Shown piece by piece: positions 52,030 through 64,000 of a stretch of DNA of 64,000 bases. Numbering within the stretch: the stretch's first letter is position 1; each line of letters begins with the position of its first letter. The stretch comes from Macrostomum lignano (Eukaryota). The stretch is from NCBI GenBank assembly GCA_002269645.1, contig NIVC01001822.1:62001-126000 (forward strand), written 5' to 3'. Position numbers and translations under genes: made by a program. Below the pieces are notes generated by a model, which saw nothing but the letters and a program-made list of their open reading frames with translations, made no database searches and was not told the DNA's origin.

Positions 52030-52870
52030 CTTTTCTTCTGCGTCTCTTCTCTCTATATCTCTTCTCCCTCTCTTCTCTTCTCTGTGTATCTCTTCTCCCT
52101 CTCTTTTCTGTCTATCTCTTCTCCCTCTCTTCTCTTCTCTGTGGATCTCTTCTCCCTCTCTTTTCTGTCTATCTCTTCTCCCTCTCTTCTCTTCTCTGTG
52201 TATCTCTTCTCCCTCTCTTCTCTTCTCTTTGTCTATCTCTTCTCCCTCTCTTCTCTTCTCTGTGTATCTCTTCTCCCTCTCTTCTCTTCTCTGTGTATCT
52301 CTTCTCCCTCTCTTCTCTTCTCTGTGTATCTCTTCTCTCTCTCTTCTCTTCTCTGTGTATCTCTTCTCCCTCTCTTCTCTTCTCTGTGTATCTCTTCTCT
52401 CTCTCTTCTCTTCTCTGTGTATCTCTTCTCCCTCTCTTCTCTTCTCTGTGTATCTCTTCTCCCTCTCTTCTCTTCTCTGTGTATCTCTTCTCCCTCTCTT
52501 CTCTTCTCTGTGTATCTCTTCTCCCTCTCTTCTCTTCTCTGTGTATCTCTTCTCCCTCTCTTCTCCTCTCTGTCTATCTCTTCTCCCTCTCTTTTCTGTC
52601 TATCTCATCTCTTCTCCCTCTCTTCTCTTTTCTGTCTATCTCTTCTCCCTCTCTTCTCTTCTCTGTGTATCTCTTCTCCCTCTCTTCTCTTCTCTGTCTA
52701 TCTCTTCTCCCGTCAACTCTCTCCCCTCTCCTTCCCTTTTCTCATCCTCTCCTTTCCCTCTCTTTTCTCCCTGTACCCTTTCTTCTTCCCTCTTTTCTCC
52801 CCTCTCTTCTCCCCTCTTCTTCCTTTCTCCCTCTCCTCACTCTCATAATATCTCTTCTCTCCTTTCCTTA
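52030..52870. repeat. Pyrimidine-rich 31-bp minisatellite / low-complexity tract
   Basis: tgtgtatctcttctccctctcttctcttctc; period 31. Confidence 0.9.
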
Positions 52871-53775
52871 TAGATTTATTTCAGCCACTCTGTGTTTTTC
52901 TATGTATCTCTCTAGCTTCTCTCCATTCCAAGTGATCCAAATCAATTTTTTACCATTTATTTTAGTTCACCTTGTTATTTAGTAGCATGCTACGATTTAA
53001 AAGAGCCTTTACAGAAAGTTTTCTATAACTTGCCCAAGACTTAAAACATTAAAGGTATCCAAAGGCTTGTGTATTTGTCTGCTTTGCTTTCGTGATATAT
53101 CTATTTTCCTAGTAAATAATAAATTAATATACAATAAGCGTTCACTGTTTGTCCACCAGCTTTATTGGATTCTAATAAGTTGCATTATTCTAGATCTTCC
53201 GCTGAGCAAAAAATGTTTTTTACCTGACAAACGTAATCAATTCGCAGAACTGTTTTGTTCTTTAATAATTCAATGTTTTCTACTTTTCGAAAAAACAACA
53301 TTCGTTCGATTTGTATGTTGGTAATTTACTTGGTTGGCAATTTATTTGTTAAAATCGAGCTAATAATAATAATACCACTGCTACTACTATAAGTAGCGGT
53401 CATTCAAAATCGAATTTAGGTGCATTTCGATTCATTTTTTTATTTGAATCAGTCCTCTTGACAGTGGATTCTATTTTACTGTTATTGATAACAATGTTGT
53501 TGGTGTAATTTATCAGAATTTAAGAGCTGCTAGTAATTCTTAGCAATTAGGGATTTTAAATACTGTATCATAATATCAAAGTTATCATTCATTATCAATT
53601 ATTATCTAATAATCATTTGGCATCATCAGTCATCATTTAGCGTCATCAATCATCTAATCATCATTTAGCTTCATTGAACAGTCATCTAGACTCAATAGGT
53701 AGCATTGGAAAATTGCTCAAGTATCATTTATGACGTCACTCAAATCATGCTAAAATTGGCCATCCAAATATCAAC

Positions 53776-54291
53776 ATGGCCAACAGTCAATCGGCATCGA
53801 GCGGATTTGGTTACCATGACAACGTTAATAACGACGACGACGCGTTCTATCCGACGCCAGACTATGACAGCGACTCTCGGGCTGTGCTTCCCGGTCCTTC
53901 ATTTCCGTTTCCAAAAAGATCTAGCGGAAGCGACAGTTCCGAGTTGCCAGTTTCCCGGCCGGCCCGGCCGAGGTGCGGCTCCCAACAGTGGGAGATGCTT
54001 CGCGAACTCAAATTTGTTGTCGGCCCGCAGCAGCAGCAGCAGCAAAGCACTTCGGCTGAACTGTCTAAAATATTACGCGAACGACAGCGTCGATTGAGCG
54101 ACGCCGCTAAGACGACAATGTCGACCGGCGCGGAGTCGGGACCGGAGTTTCTGGCTAAGTATAGAGAGATCCGTGCCAAAGCACAAGCCAAGGAGACAGT
54201 CGCTGGGGCAGGCGAAGAAGGGTCCTCTGTTGTTGCAGACAGCGTCGCCCCAGTTTCTAAGCTGATCCAGCGATACCAGAGTAGCTCGTGA
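53776..54291 (+). CDS. Intronless 171-aa ORF, FAM107/DUF1151-like
   Basis: aacATGg context and GC-rich coding-like composition. QWEMLREL, SAELSKILRERQRR and PEFLAKYREIR parallel the FAM107 motifs HQELHREL, KPELQRVLEHRRR and PEFIKVRENLRR in the same order (recalled, not searched). Confidence 0.55.
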   Translation: MANSQSASSGFGYHDNVNNDDDAFYPTPDYDSDSRAVLPGPSFPFPKRSSGSDSSELPVSRPARPRCGSQQWEMLRELKFVVGPQQQQQQSTSAELSKILRERQRRLSDAAKTTMSTGAESGPEFLAKYREIRAKAQAKETVAGAGEEGSSVVADSVAPVSKLIQRYQSSS

Positions 54292-54479
54292 TCAGCTGAC
54301 TTGTCGGACAGTCCGCCTGCCTATTGGATTTGGATTATTATCTGCGCACAAAAGCTACCGTTGGAATCGCAATATTATATTTTATTTCGATACATATCGT
54401 CAAATCATTATGCCAACTTAAATAGTAGCATTACAAAGCGACTGGAATGGTTTCAATGTAGATATTTATAGACAAGTGA

Positions 54480-54665
54480 TGAGAGTGTTTCAAGAGTGAC
54501 AATTTTGGATGTTTCAAGAGTGACACTTTTGGATGGTGTTTCAAGAGTGAAAATTTTGGAGGGTGTTTCAAGAGTGACACTTTTGGAGGGTGTTTCAAGA
54601 GTGACAATTTTGGAGGGTGTTTTAATGATGACACTTTTGGAGGGTTTCAAGAGTGACAATTTTCC
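54480..54665. repeat. Short ~27-bp tandem repeat
   Basis: Copies of ttttggagggtgtttcaagagtgacac. Confidence 0.75.
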
Positions 54666-55394
54666 ATAGTGCTTCCAAGTGGTGTCTGTTTCCTTGGTGA
54701 CGCTTTTAGAGGCAGTTTTTTTCCAGAGTGCCACTTCTAGATGGTCTGCTTGAACCAAAAAATGTTTTGAGTTATAATAGCTTCTTATTTTGAGTTTCAA
54801 AAAGTTCACTTTAATTGACAATACGCTCGTAGTTCACAAACATTGGCATCAGCATGCCACGGACATCTCCAAGACAGCTCCAAATGCCGACCTATTTTTG
54901 GTGCTTGTAAATAAATAAAAAACTTACGTTCCATTTTTTAATCCTACTAACTACTTTTGAGTAGTCAGGATTGTGAAATTTTTCTGCTACCGAATAAGTG
55001 CTGCTAAAAGCTGTCTTTGAATTAAAAAATTGTTTAACAATTCAAGTGTTATTTTAAGTTAAAGGTTGCTCATTATTTTCTCTTTTACTTTTTATCCCCG
55101 AGTTTCTGTTCCATAAATTATACTTTTTTTTGGCAACATCCGTCCTGATTTAAACCTTTTGTCTTTAGATGTTTCCTTTATATTTTGTTATCGCGCTATC
55201 ATTCTTAATGCGGTGCTTCAGAAATTGAATTATTTTTAATTTACTAATTTTTGAATAACTTTGCATATATTACTTAAAGTTTACACATTATTATAGGCTT
55301 ATTTATTTATGTTAATATTGTCGGTTTGTGTTGCTTTTCTGCTTTTAATTATTGCATAGATTTCTCGCAATACGATTAAGACAGACTTGGTTCT

Positions 55395-55625
55395 AATGAC
55401 CCCATTAGGATTAGCATAGCAGTGATTAGAATCCTCATTAGGATTAGCATAGCAGTGCTTAGAATCCCCATTAGAATTAGCGTAGCAGAGATTAGAATCC
55501 CTATTAGGATTAGCATAGCAGTGATTAGAATCCCCATTAGAATTAGCGTAGCAGAGATTAGAATCCCTATTAGGATTAGCATAGCAGTGATTAGAATCCC
55601 CATTAAGATAAGCATAGCAGTGACA
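55395..55625. repeat. 33-bp minisatellite upstream of the SRPRB exon
   Basis: Copies of ttagaatccccattaggattagcatagcagtga. Confidence 0.85.
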
Positions 55626-55685
55626 TCGTACTTTCTCCAGTGACAGTTCTGCTTATATTTTTGCACCTGTAATTCCTCCCGCCAG

Positions 55686-56298
55686 GATCAAATCGTGTCA
55701 GCGCTGCCCTCAGAGGCCGGTCCAATCAACTACCAGCAGGTGTCAGTAGCCGCTGTTACTATAATCGCCCTACTAGCCCCGCTAGTTGTGTATCTGTTGC
55801 TATGGTTACGCCGTAGAAGCCAGCGCAATACGGTACTATTGTGCGGCATTAGCGACTCCGGCAAGACTACTCTGTACAGCCAGTTGGTGCATTCGAAACC
55901 CCTGCCAACTGTGACTTCTATGCAAGCCAACCAGTCCGAGCCCTTGGCTGTTGGCACAGCTGCTTCTAAGCGCCGGTTGAGGGTAGTTGACCTGCCCGGT
56001 CACGAACGCCTGCGCAGGCAGTACCTGGACAAGTACAAGTCTAGCGCCAGAGCTGTAGTCTTTGTTATTGATGCCAATTCGATTGCTAAAGAATTGAAAG
56101 ATTGCGCCGAGTGTCTCTATAATCTGCTGACCGAATCCGATATTCAGGGCCGGACTAAGGTGTTGATTCTGTGCAATAAGCAGGATCAGGCTATGGCCAA
56201 AACTGACGCTTATGTTCGATTGGCTTTGGAACGCGAATTGGAGACTCTGCGAACTACCAGGGCTGGCGCTCTGGCCGGCCTCAGCGGTGGATCTGCCG
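55686..56298 (+). CDS. SRPRB: Signal recognition particle receptor subunit beta, main exon
   Basis: TM helix followed by RRR, G1 LLCGISDSGKTTL, G3 DLPGHERLR, G4 LCNKQD, and LERELETLRTTR. Acceptor cccgccag|, donor G|GTGAGT. The initiator exon was not located. Confidence 0.92.
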
Positions 56299-56361
56299 GT
56301 GAGTGAAGGGATTTAGCTCAGCTGGCTTATCTTAGGGCGTTTTTTATTGTACCCGCAGTGA

Positions 56362-56491
56362 GTCACGTGATTTCCTGATTTTTCTGTAGATCACGTGATG
56401 TATATATAGGCTTTCCCTTGTTGGTCACGTGACTTTCTTTTTTAATGCGTCACGTGACGTTTTATCCGCAGAGTTTCCGTGGATCACGTAA
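56362..56491. promoter_or_regulatory. Cluster of E-box/CLEAR-like TCACGTGA motifs in the SRPRB intron
   Basis: TCACGTGA at 56363, 56391, 56425 and 56450 (the last two as GTCACGTGAC); TCACGTAA at 56484. Function not shown. Confidence 0.4.
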
Positions 56492-56567
56492 TCTTCTTAA
56501 TATTTTGTATATTTTTAGTTCAATTTTAATTCGATTTTTTTACTTCATAAATTTATCCACTTTAAAG

Positions 56568-56692
56568 AGCGCCGCCTCGGTCGAGAGGGTAAAAAATTTG
56601 AATTCACGGACTCCGGCTGTCAAGTGGATTTCGCCTGCTGCTCTGCTTTGGACGACGTCACCTGCGTGCGACAGTGGCTTGATCGCGTCTGA
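56568..56692 (+). CDS. SRPRB: SRPRB terminal exon (not in the ORF track)
   Basis: Acceptor ccactttaaag|; phase 1 gives E-RRLGREGKKFEFTDSGCQVDFACCSALDDVTCVRQWLDRV*, matching the SRPRB LGKKGKDFEF...WL C-terminus. Confidence 0.88.
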
Positions 56693-56940
56693 TTGGCTGG
56701 CTATTTAATTTAGACTGGAGTGAGGTGGCTGCGTAGTATGCGTGCGATAGTGGCTTGGTGGCGTCTGATTAGCTGGCTATTTTTAGACTGGAGTGAGGTG
56801 ACTGCGTTGTACGCGTGCGGTATGGCTTGGTCGCGTCTGATTGGCTAGCTATTTTTAGACTGAAGTGAGGTGGCTGTGTAGTACAAGTGCGACAGTGGCT
56901 TGATCGCGTTTGATTGGCTGGCTATTTTAAGACTGGAGCG
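56663..56940. repeat. ~73-bp tandem repeat (~4 copies) spanning the SRPRB stop codon
   Basis: gcgtgcgacagtggcttgatcgcgtctgattggctggctattt..agactggagtgagg starts at 56664, 56740, 56813 and ~56885. Confidence 0.88.
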
Positions 56941-57819
56941 AGCCTTTGTGCGATAATTTTTCGGTTTTGGTGATTTGGTTTTGTTTTCATTAAATAAATT
57001 GTTTTAATCAACTTTTTGTTTTATGCTTGGCTTCACCAGCATTACTGCAATGTTGACCCTTAACCAATTTTACTTATATGGCTGTTCTCGGTGTTTGGTT
57101 TCTCTAATTGTTTTGTCTCTATTATCGTGTATTAATTGTTCTGCGTTATGTATTACACTCTGACACTCATAAAGAATCCACTAAATGTATCTCTGTGTGT
57201 CATTATTTATGTTTCTAGCGGTAAATTAATATTCAAGTTACAAGTTACAAGTTAAAATACACTGGTTTATCGTGTTGAAAATTTTTGACGTTGTTTACTT
57301 GTTGCTGTTGTGCTATTATTTCAGTTAAAAAATAATAAATTAATGAATTAGCCGTTTGGAATTTAATAATGTTATGTTGATAAGCTATTTTGAAGTGCTT
57401 AGTGAAACTAACGTTTGTGACTTTTAACAACCTTTCTTGACTTCATTTTATACCCATCGATTTTTCAATAATTGCTACTTTTAGTAGCATGTGCTCGTGT
57501 TAAATAACAGTAATACCGGCTTGCTAATGCAGTCTAAGCAATCAATCAATACTAATTAAGCCTAAATCTAAAACAGACAATTTTTCTGCTTCTTAAAAGT
57601 TGAAGCCCTGAAATAATGAGGTCTGTCAATAAAGCGACTGTTAAAATAGTTTTTAAACCAATCATTTTTTAACATGTTGAATTTTCATTTCACTAATGCT
57701 CGTAGCTATTATAACAAAAATAACAAATCTGTTGGTTTTAACAATAATGTTTGTTAAAACACTCTTAAAAAATATCGCCAGTTGAAAAACAGTTTTTATT
57801 TGTTCAAAATGCTGTCGAT

Positions 57820-58260
57820 CTTAAAAGTACAGGGTCACCTAAAATGCCGTCAGTCTAAAAGTACAGGATTACATAAAATTCTGCGAATCCAAAAATACAA
57901 TGTCCCCTAAAATTCTGCAAATCTAAAAGTAACAGTCCGCTAGAATTCTGCGAATCTAAAAGTACAAATTCCCCTAAAATTCTGCGAATCTAAAAGTAAA
58001 GAGTCCCCTAGATATCTGCGGATCTAAAAGTACAGGGTCACATAAAATGCTGCGAATCTAAAAGTACAAAGTCACTTAAAATGCTGCCAATCTTAAAGTA
58101 CAAAGTCACTTAAAAAGCTGCCAATCTAAAAGTACATAGTCACCTAAAATAGCGCCAGTCTAAAATAAAAGTACAGGGTCACTTAAAATGCTGCCAATCT
58201 AAAAGTACATAGTCACCTAAAATAGCGCCAGTCTAAAATAAAAGTACAGGGTGACTCTAA
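57820..58260. repeat. Degenerate ~32-bp tandem repeat upstream of KCNQ
   Basis: Copies of tctaaaagtacagggtcacctaaaatgctgcgaa. Confidence 0.8.
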
Positions 58261-58806
58261 ATGGTCCAGCCTAATCTGAAGAAGCATTATGCAAACACTA
58301 ATGATGTATTTACTGCCGATTGATTACACTACTATGTATTATATAACTGCTTGTTAATCACCATTATTAGTGTCTGTTTTAAACAAATTACCTTTTACCT
58401 TTGCAGCTAATCATTACCTTTTCCATCTTAAATCTTTATCAGGCTTTTTTATCCGTATTCTAACAGTTCAAATTTGAATCTTACAATTCCTATATAGCTC
58501 GTATAGGTGCCTAGCGAAATCCAATAGGAATTCACATGCAGCGCTTTGAGCCTGCACATAAATGTGACTCATGCCAATTAAATAAAAATTTCAATTTGAA
58601 GCGAAACCCCGAATAATTTCAGTCCGCATAGCAACAGAACCGGAGTTCATAGTATTTACCACTCCTGTAATGCAAGACTGCGGGGCCATGCCTGCCCTGC
58701 GCGATAGATAGATCTGTTATAGTCAGATTTTTTCCGGGTTTTTCCTAGAATTCCGCCGGATTAATTCTAAGGCAGGCAGTTATAACAAAAAATCGGAGCG
58801 AATGAA

Positions 58807-59183
58807 ATGGCCGCCGCGTCGTCCGGCGCTTCTCCCAGCCGTCGAAGGCAGCAGCAGCAGCAGCAGCTGTTCGAGAATCCTTCGTCATCCTCAGCCGCGG
58901 CGGCGGCGGCCTCTTCAATGCCGGGGTTCTTTGCGTTGAAGCGATTGAAAAGTCAGTCGGATGAAGACGACGGCGTCGGTGTCGGGGGAGGAGGCAGAGT
59001 CGGCAACAAGTCGAAGGGAGCCGAGATGGAGCGGACTACGAAACAGGCTCAGGCGCTGCTGGTGCACAGGTACCAGCTGCAGCGGGCGCGGCTGCAGACC
59101 TCCACGGTTTCCATGCAGACGAGGATTTATAATTTTTTGGAACGGCCCACCGGTTGGAAATGCTTCGGATACCACTTCACAGT
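58807..59183 (+). CDS. KCNQ1: KCNQ1-like K+ channel, exon 1
   Basis: [21 protein letters not shown]; donor GT|GTGAGA, phase 2. Confidence 0.9.
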
Positions 59184-59279
59184 GTGAGAGGGAGGGGTAG
59201 CAATGGTTTGGTGGCTTAAATGTAATAAACAGAGGATTAAGGGACTCCGTGTTTGCTGACTGACTGAGTGGACTGAAGA

Positions 59280-59830
59280 TTAATCAGTTTATTGATTGGT
59301 GATTAATCAATTGTGATTTGATTGGCTGATTGATTGTTGGTTGGTTGATTTATTGATTGATTGGTTCATTTATTAGTTGATTGAATGATTGATTGGGTGA
59401 TTGATTGATTGGGTGATTGATAGGTTGATTGATTGATTGATTGATTGATTGGGTGATTGATAGGTTGATTTATTGATTCATTGGTTGATTGATTGATTGG
59501 TTGATTGATTGGTTGATTGATTGATTGATTGGTTGGTTGATTTATTGATTGATTGGGTGATTGGTAGGTTTATTTATTGATTCATTGGTTGATTGATTGA
59601 TTGGTTGGTTGATTGATTGATTGGTTGGTTGATTGATTGATTGATTGGTTGGTTGATTTATTGATTGATTGGGTGATTGATAAAGTTGATTTATTGATTC
59701 ATTGGTTGATTGATTGATTAAATGGTTGGTTGATCGATTGAGTGATTGATTGAGTGATTAGGTGATTGGTTGATAGATTGATTCATTGACTGATTGGTTG
59801 GTTGATTTAGTAAGCATTGATTGACTGGTT
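59280..59830. repeat. (GATT/GGTT)n microsatellite-like tract, KCNQ intron 1
   Basis: Low-complexity gattgattggtt. Confidence 0.85.
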
Positions 59831-59981
59831 TGGTATCAAACAGTGCTTGATTGATTAGGTTACAAGTTTTTCTGCTTAGTGAATTGCCATAATGTAGTTG
59901 GAGAATTCGCTCAATCGACATTAGAAAGTGCGATTGCGTAATGTGCATTGCAAACTCGAACACATTGTACAACCATTTCAG

Positions 59982-60072
59982 ATTTATGATGGTGCTAATC
60001 TGTTTGATATTCAGCGTTTTATCAACTATTGATGAGTTTACAAATTTTGCCAACGAGACTTTATTCTGGATG
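59982..60072 (+). CDS. KCNQ1: KCNQ1-like exon 2 (S1; not in the ORF track)
   Basis: Acceptor catttcag|, donor |GTAAGT; encodes V-FMMVLICLIFSVLSTIDEFTNFANETLFWM. Confidence 0.92.
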
Positions 60073-60248
60073 GTAAGTTTACAATCCACGACATATGCAT
60101 AGTAATCATGCATTCAACTGCCGATATGTTGTGTAATACAATCTTTATTGGAACTTTTTAGCTCAAACTAACCATCTAACAGTGTTTGAGCGAAAAGTGT
60201 CTTACGCTACATATCGGTAGTTTAGGAATTGCACAACATTAATTGCAG

Positions 60249-60375
60249 GAAATTGTTTTAGTTGTCTTCTTTAGTCTGGAGTACGGCACCAGACTTTGGT
60301 CCGCGGGCTGCCGCAGCAAGTACATGGGATTTCGAGGCCGGTTGCGATTTGCTAGGAAGCCAATCAGCTTGATTG
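60249..60375 (+). CDS. KCNQ1: KCNQ1-like exon 3 (S2)
   Basis: [42 protein letters not shown]; acceptor ttgcag|, donor G|GTGAGC. Confidence 0.95.
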
Positions 60376-60697
60376 GTGAGCTGCAAGCCAGTTACCTTCT
60401 GTGCCTTGCATGCCTCATCTACTTCCGGTGTGCTGTACAGGTGATTGTGTGTGGCCTATTTGACTGTGCAGTCTCAATCACTTCCGGTGTGTTTTACAGG
60501 TGATTGTGTGTGACTTCCACTTCCCCCTGGGATTTTCTATCAGATCCTGAATTTTTGCCAGATGGTAATTTAATTAAACATACCCAGGCTTTTTGTTAAC
60601 AGATTGTCTGCGAAATCAATCACACTTTGTTGATTTAAATTTATTTTACGCACCGTATATCCACGCCTAAACTGTGTGCTTGTTTATTCATTTACAG

Positions 60698-60776
60698 ATC
60701 TGATAGTCGTAGTTGCTAGCATTGTTGTGCTGTCTTTCGGCAGCAACGGCCAGGTGTTTGCCACCTCTGCTATACG
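60698..60776 (+). CDS. KCNQ1: KCNQ1-like exon 4 (S3; not in the ORF track)
   Basis: DLIVVVASIVVLSFGSNGQVFATSAIR; acceptor tttacag|, donor CG|GTGGGT. Confidence 0.93.
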
Positions 60777-60879
60777 GTGGGTTCTTCCGCTGTGTGTTTT
60801 GTTTCTTTCGTGTTATTAACTGAATAAGAATATTTTTATCTGTCAGATTGTTGCTAGGATTAGTGAGAATTTGTTATCA

Positions 60880-61170
60880 TCAGTGAGATTTTATTTTAAT
60901 TAGTAAGTTTTTGTAAAAATTAATGGATTTATTAAAATGAACGTGATTTTGTTATACTTAGTTAGATTTTAAAATAATTAGTGAGATTTTGTTATAGTTA
61001 GTGAGACTTAATTAAAGTTAGTTAGATTTCATTAAAATTAGTGAGATTTCATTAAAATTAGTGAGATTTCATTAAAATTAGTGAGATTTCCTTAAAATTT
61101 GTGAGATTTTGTTATAATTAGTTGTATTTCGTTATAACCAGTGAAACTTATTTAAAGTTAGTGAGATTTC
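60880..61170. repeat. ~20-bp tandem repeat, KCNQ intron 4
   Basis: Copies of attagtgagatttcattaaa. Confidence 0.8.
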
Positions 61171-61595
61171 ATTATCATACCTCCGCTATACGGTGGGTTC
61201 TTCCGCTGTGTGTTTTGTTTCTTTCGAGTTATTATCTGAATAAGATTTTTATCTGTCAGATTGTTGTAGGATTAGTGAGATTTTGTTATGATTGGTGAGT
61301 TTTCATTACAATTAGTGAGGTTTTTTTTATAATTAGTGAGATTTAGTTTTAATTAGAGATTTTTATAAAAAAATATAAAATTTTGTCACGAGCGTGTTTT
61401 CTTATTTTTTGCACTTTCTTCGAATTTGTGCGATTTTAAAATTAGTTTTGTGACTGTCGGAATTGATGATCAGATTCTGTTTTTATAATTAAGACTATCT
61501 TTAAATTAGTAGGATTTTGTTAAAATGATTAGGGTGTAAATGTGAAAAAATGACATTAGATGACTGATTATTACACTACTAAACACCTTCTACAG

Positions 61596-61692
61596 TGGCG
61601 TCAGGTTTCTGCAGATTTTGCGGATGTTGCACGTGGACCGGCAGGGCGGCACCTGGCGTCTGCTGGGTAGCGTTGTGTACATCCACCGACAG
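61596..61692 (+). CDS. KCNQ1: KCNQ1-like exon 5 (S4 voltage sensor; not in the ORF track)
   Basis: [33 protein letters not shown]; acceptor ttctacag|, donor |GTGAGC. Confidence 0.95.
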
Positions 61693-61829
61693 GTGAGCTG
61701 GCTCAGCGACATACAAAATTCCTGCATCATGTACCGTGCCAATTTTGTTTTTGTAAATTGCTGGTTGATAACAATGAAATCTTGATTCTTGTTAGTAGTA
61801 ACTATATCCTTATCGATTAGGGTTGTGAA

Positions 61830-62000
61830 GATTTGATATTTTTGAAGATTTGATATTTGTGAAGATTTGAGATTTTTGAATATCAGAGGATTGTGAATAT
61901 TAGAAGACTGTGAAGATCTGAGGATTGTGAATATTAGAGGATTGTGAAGATTTGAGTATTGTGAAGATTTGAGGATTGTGAATATTTGAGGATTTTCAGA
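61830..62000. repeat. ~17-bp tandem repeat, KCNQ intron 5
   Basis: Copies of gaggattgtgaatattt / gaagatttgatatt. Confidence 0.7.
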
Positions 62001-62054
62001 GGACTTTTATAGATTTATGAGTTGCATAAATTCGTGATGCGAGCAGTCACTTGA

Positions 62055-62332
<278 letters not shown>

Positions 62333-62344
62333 GTGAGTGACCGA

Positions 62345-62790
62345 TTTTTCACTCTTCTTGTGAATGAGTGAGTTGGTGAATCCGTGAATGAGTGAGCTGG
62401 TGAATGTGTGAATAAGTGAGTTGGTAAATGTGTGAATGAGTTGGTGAATGCATGTATAAGTGAGTTGTTGCATGCGTTAATTTGTGAGTTGGTGAATCCG
62501 TGAATGAGTGAGTTGTTGAAGGGATGAGGGAATTGGTGAATGAGTGAGTTGTTGAATGAGTGAGCGAATGAGTTGTTGAATGGGTGAGCGAATGAGTTGG
62601 TGAATGAGTGAGTGAGTGAGTTGGTGAATGGATGGGTTTGTGAGTTGGTTAATGCGTGAATAAGTGATTTGGTGAATCCATGATTGAATGAGTGATTAAT
62701 GGGAGTTTGTGAAGGATGGAACTGGCGAATTGTGTGAACGAATGACTTGGTGAGTGAGCGAAGCAATGATTTTGTGAGTGGGTGAATTAG
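62345..62790. repeat. ~16-bp degenerate tandem repeat, KCNQ intron 6
   Basis: Copies of gtgaatgagtgagttg. Confidence 0.8.
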
Positions 62791-62900
62791 GGACAAAGTG
62801 AATGGGTGAAGTAAAGATTAAGTGTTAAAAGGTGATTTTGCAAAGTGATGCTGTTTCTATAGCAGTTTTAAAAAAACATTCCTAATTAAAATCCCAATAA

Positions 62901-63445
<545 letters not shown>

Positions 63446-63498
63446 TGGCCTACATTCAAAACGCATCCACCACCACCGCCGCCGCCGCCGCATTTCAG

Positions 63499-63753
63499 TG
63501 CTTGTGGCGCTGCTACGCCTGCTCACCAAATGCCGGGTTTGTGGCCACCTGGCGCATCTACACGGACCCCATGCGGCATCACACGCATCACCATCATCAT
63601 GGCGCCGCTGGCGGCGGAGGCGGCGGCGGGGGCGGCGGCGACGGCAGCGGCAGCAGCGACGGTGGCGACTTTCGAGCCCGAGCTAGTCGACGCGCCGTCC
63701 ACGGTGCTCGGACGAAGGATCAGTCGGACTCGACGGACAGCGGAGCTGGCAGA
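63499..63753 (+). CDS. KCNQ1: KCNQ1-like exon 8 (IQ motif end, His/Gly-rich linker); 3' boundary uncertain
   Basis: Acceptor catttcag|; CLWRCYA...ATWRIY. An in-frame TGA at 63757-63759 implies a donor before it (weak AGA|GTTTGA at 63754). Confidence 0.7.
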
Positions 63754-63819
63754 GTTTGAGGCCGGCTGATTCTGATTTGGGTTGTCGGTGCAGCTGTGCA
63801 AGAGAAGGGTTGAAAATCT

Positions 63820-64000
63820 CACCTGAACTGCTTTCACAAATTGAGAATTGCACCTAAACAATCCAAAGTCTCCATAAACCATCCAAAGAATCTCACCTAA
63901 ACCACCCTAAAAGTCAGCCCTAAAACCACCCTAAGAATCGCCTCTAAAACCACCTAAGAATCGCCTCTAAAACACCCAAGAATCGCCCCCTTAAACCACC
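63820..64000. repeat. Start of a ~22-bp tandem repeat running off the window
   Basis: Copies of aaaccaccctaagaatcgcctcta. Confidence 0.7.

Noticed and set aside
51831-52982. 300-380-aa hydrophobic ORFs
   Set aside because: A pyrimidine-only repeat lacks stop codons by composition.
60421-60512. Twice-repeated tacag|gtgatt resembling recursive splice sites in KCNQ intron 3
   Set aside because: Part of a small local duplication in a 322-nt intron; AG/GT adjacency alone is not evidence.
63754-63762. Stop-codon readthrough or a truncated KCNQ ending at GAGRV*
   Set aside because: More simply explained by a splice donor before the TGA, with remaining exons outside the window. This cannot be decided from this sequence.

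Overview
Eukaryotic (metazoan) genomic DNA with GT-AG spliced genes. GC-rich exons sit in AT-rich DNA, and many introns are filled with unrelated minisatellites. This resembles Macrostomum-type flatworm genomes, but that is an inference and the taxon is not established. Genes, in order: (1) last exon of a KMT2/MLL-Trithorax SET methyltransferase (+); (2) a two-exon, 61-aa secreted cystine-knot (conotoxin-like) peptide gene (-) missing from the ORF track; (3) a 7-exon, ~1749-aa DDX60-like Ski2 helicase (-) with an inserted ZZ zinc finger; (4) MEK1/2 (+); (5) a FAM107-like ORF (+); (6) SRP receptor beta (+); (7) a KCNQ1-like K+ channel (+) with a 1-nt frameshift in the pore exon, probably continuing beyond the window. 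Mobile DNA: a dead Tc1 element, a non-LTR insertion with an 18-bp TSD, a three-level nest of DNA transposons (MULE > TTAA element > TIR element) and several foldback elements. All splice junctions, phases, TIRs and TSDs were read by eye. Family assignments come from remembered motifs, not database searches.
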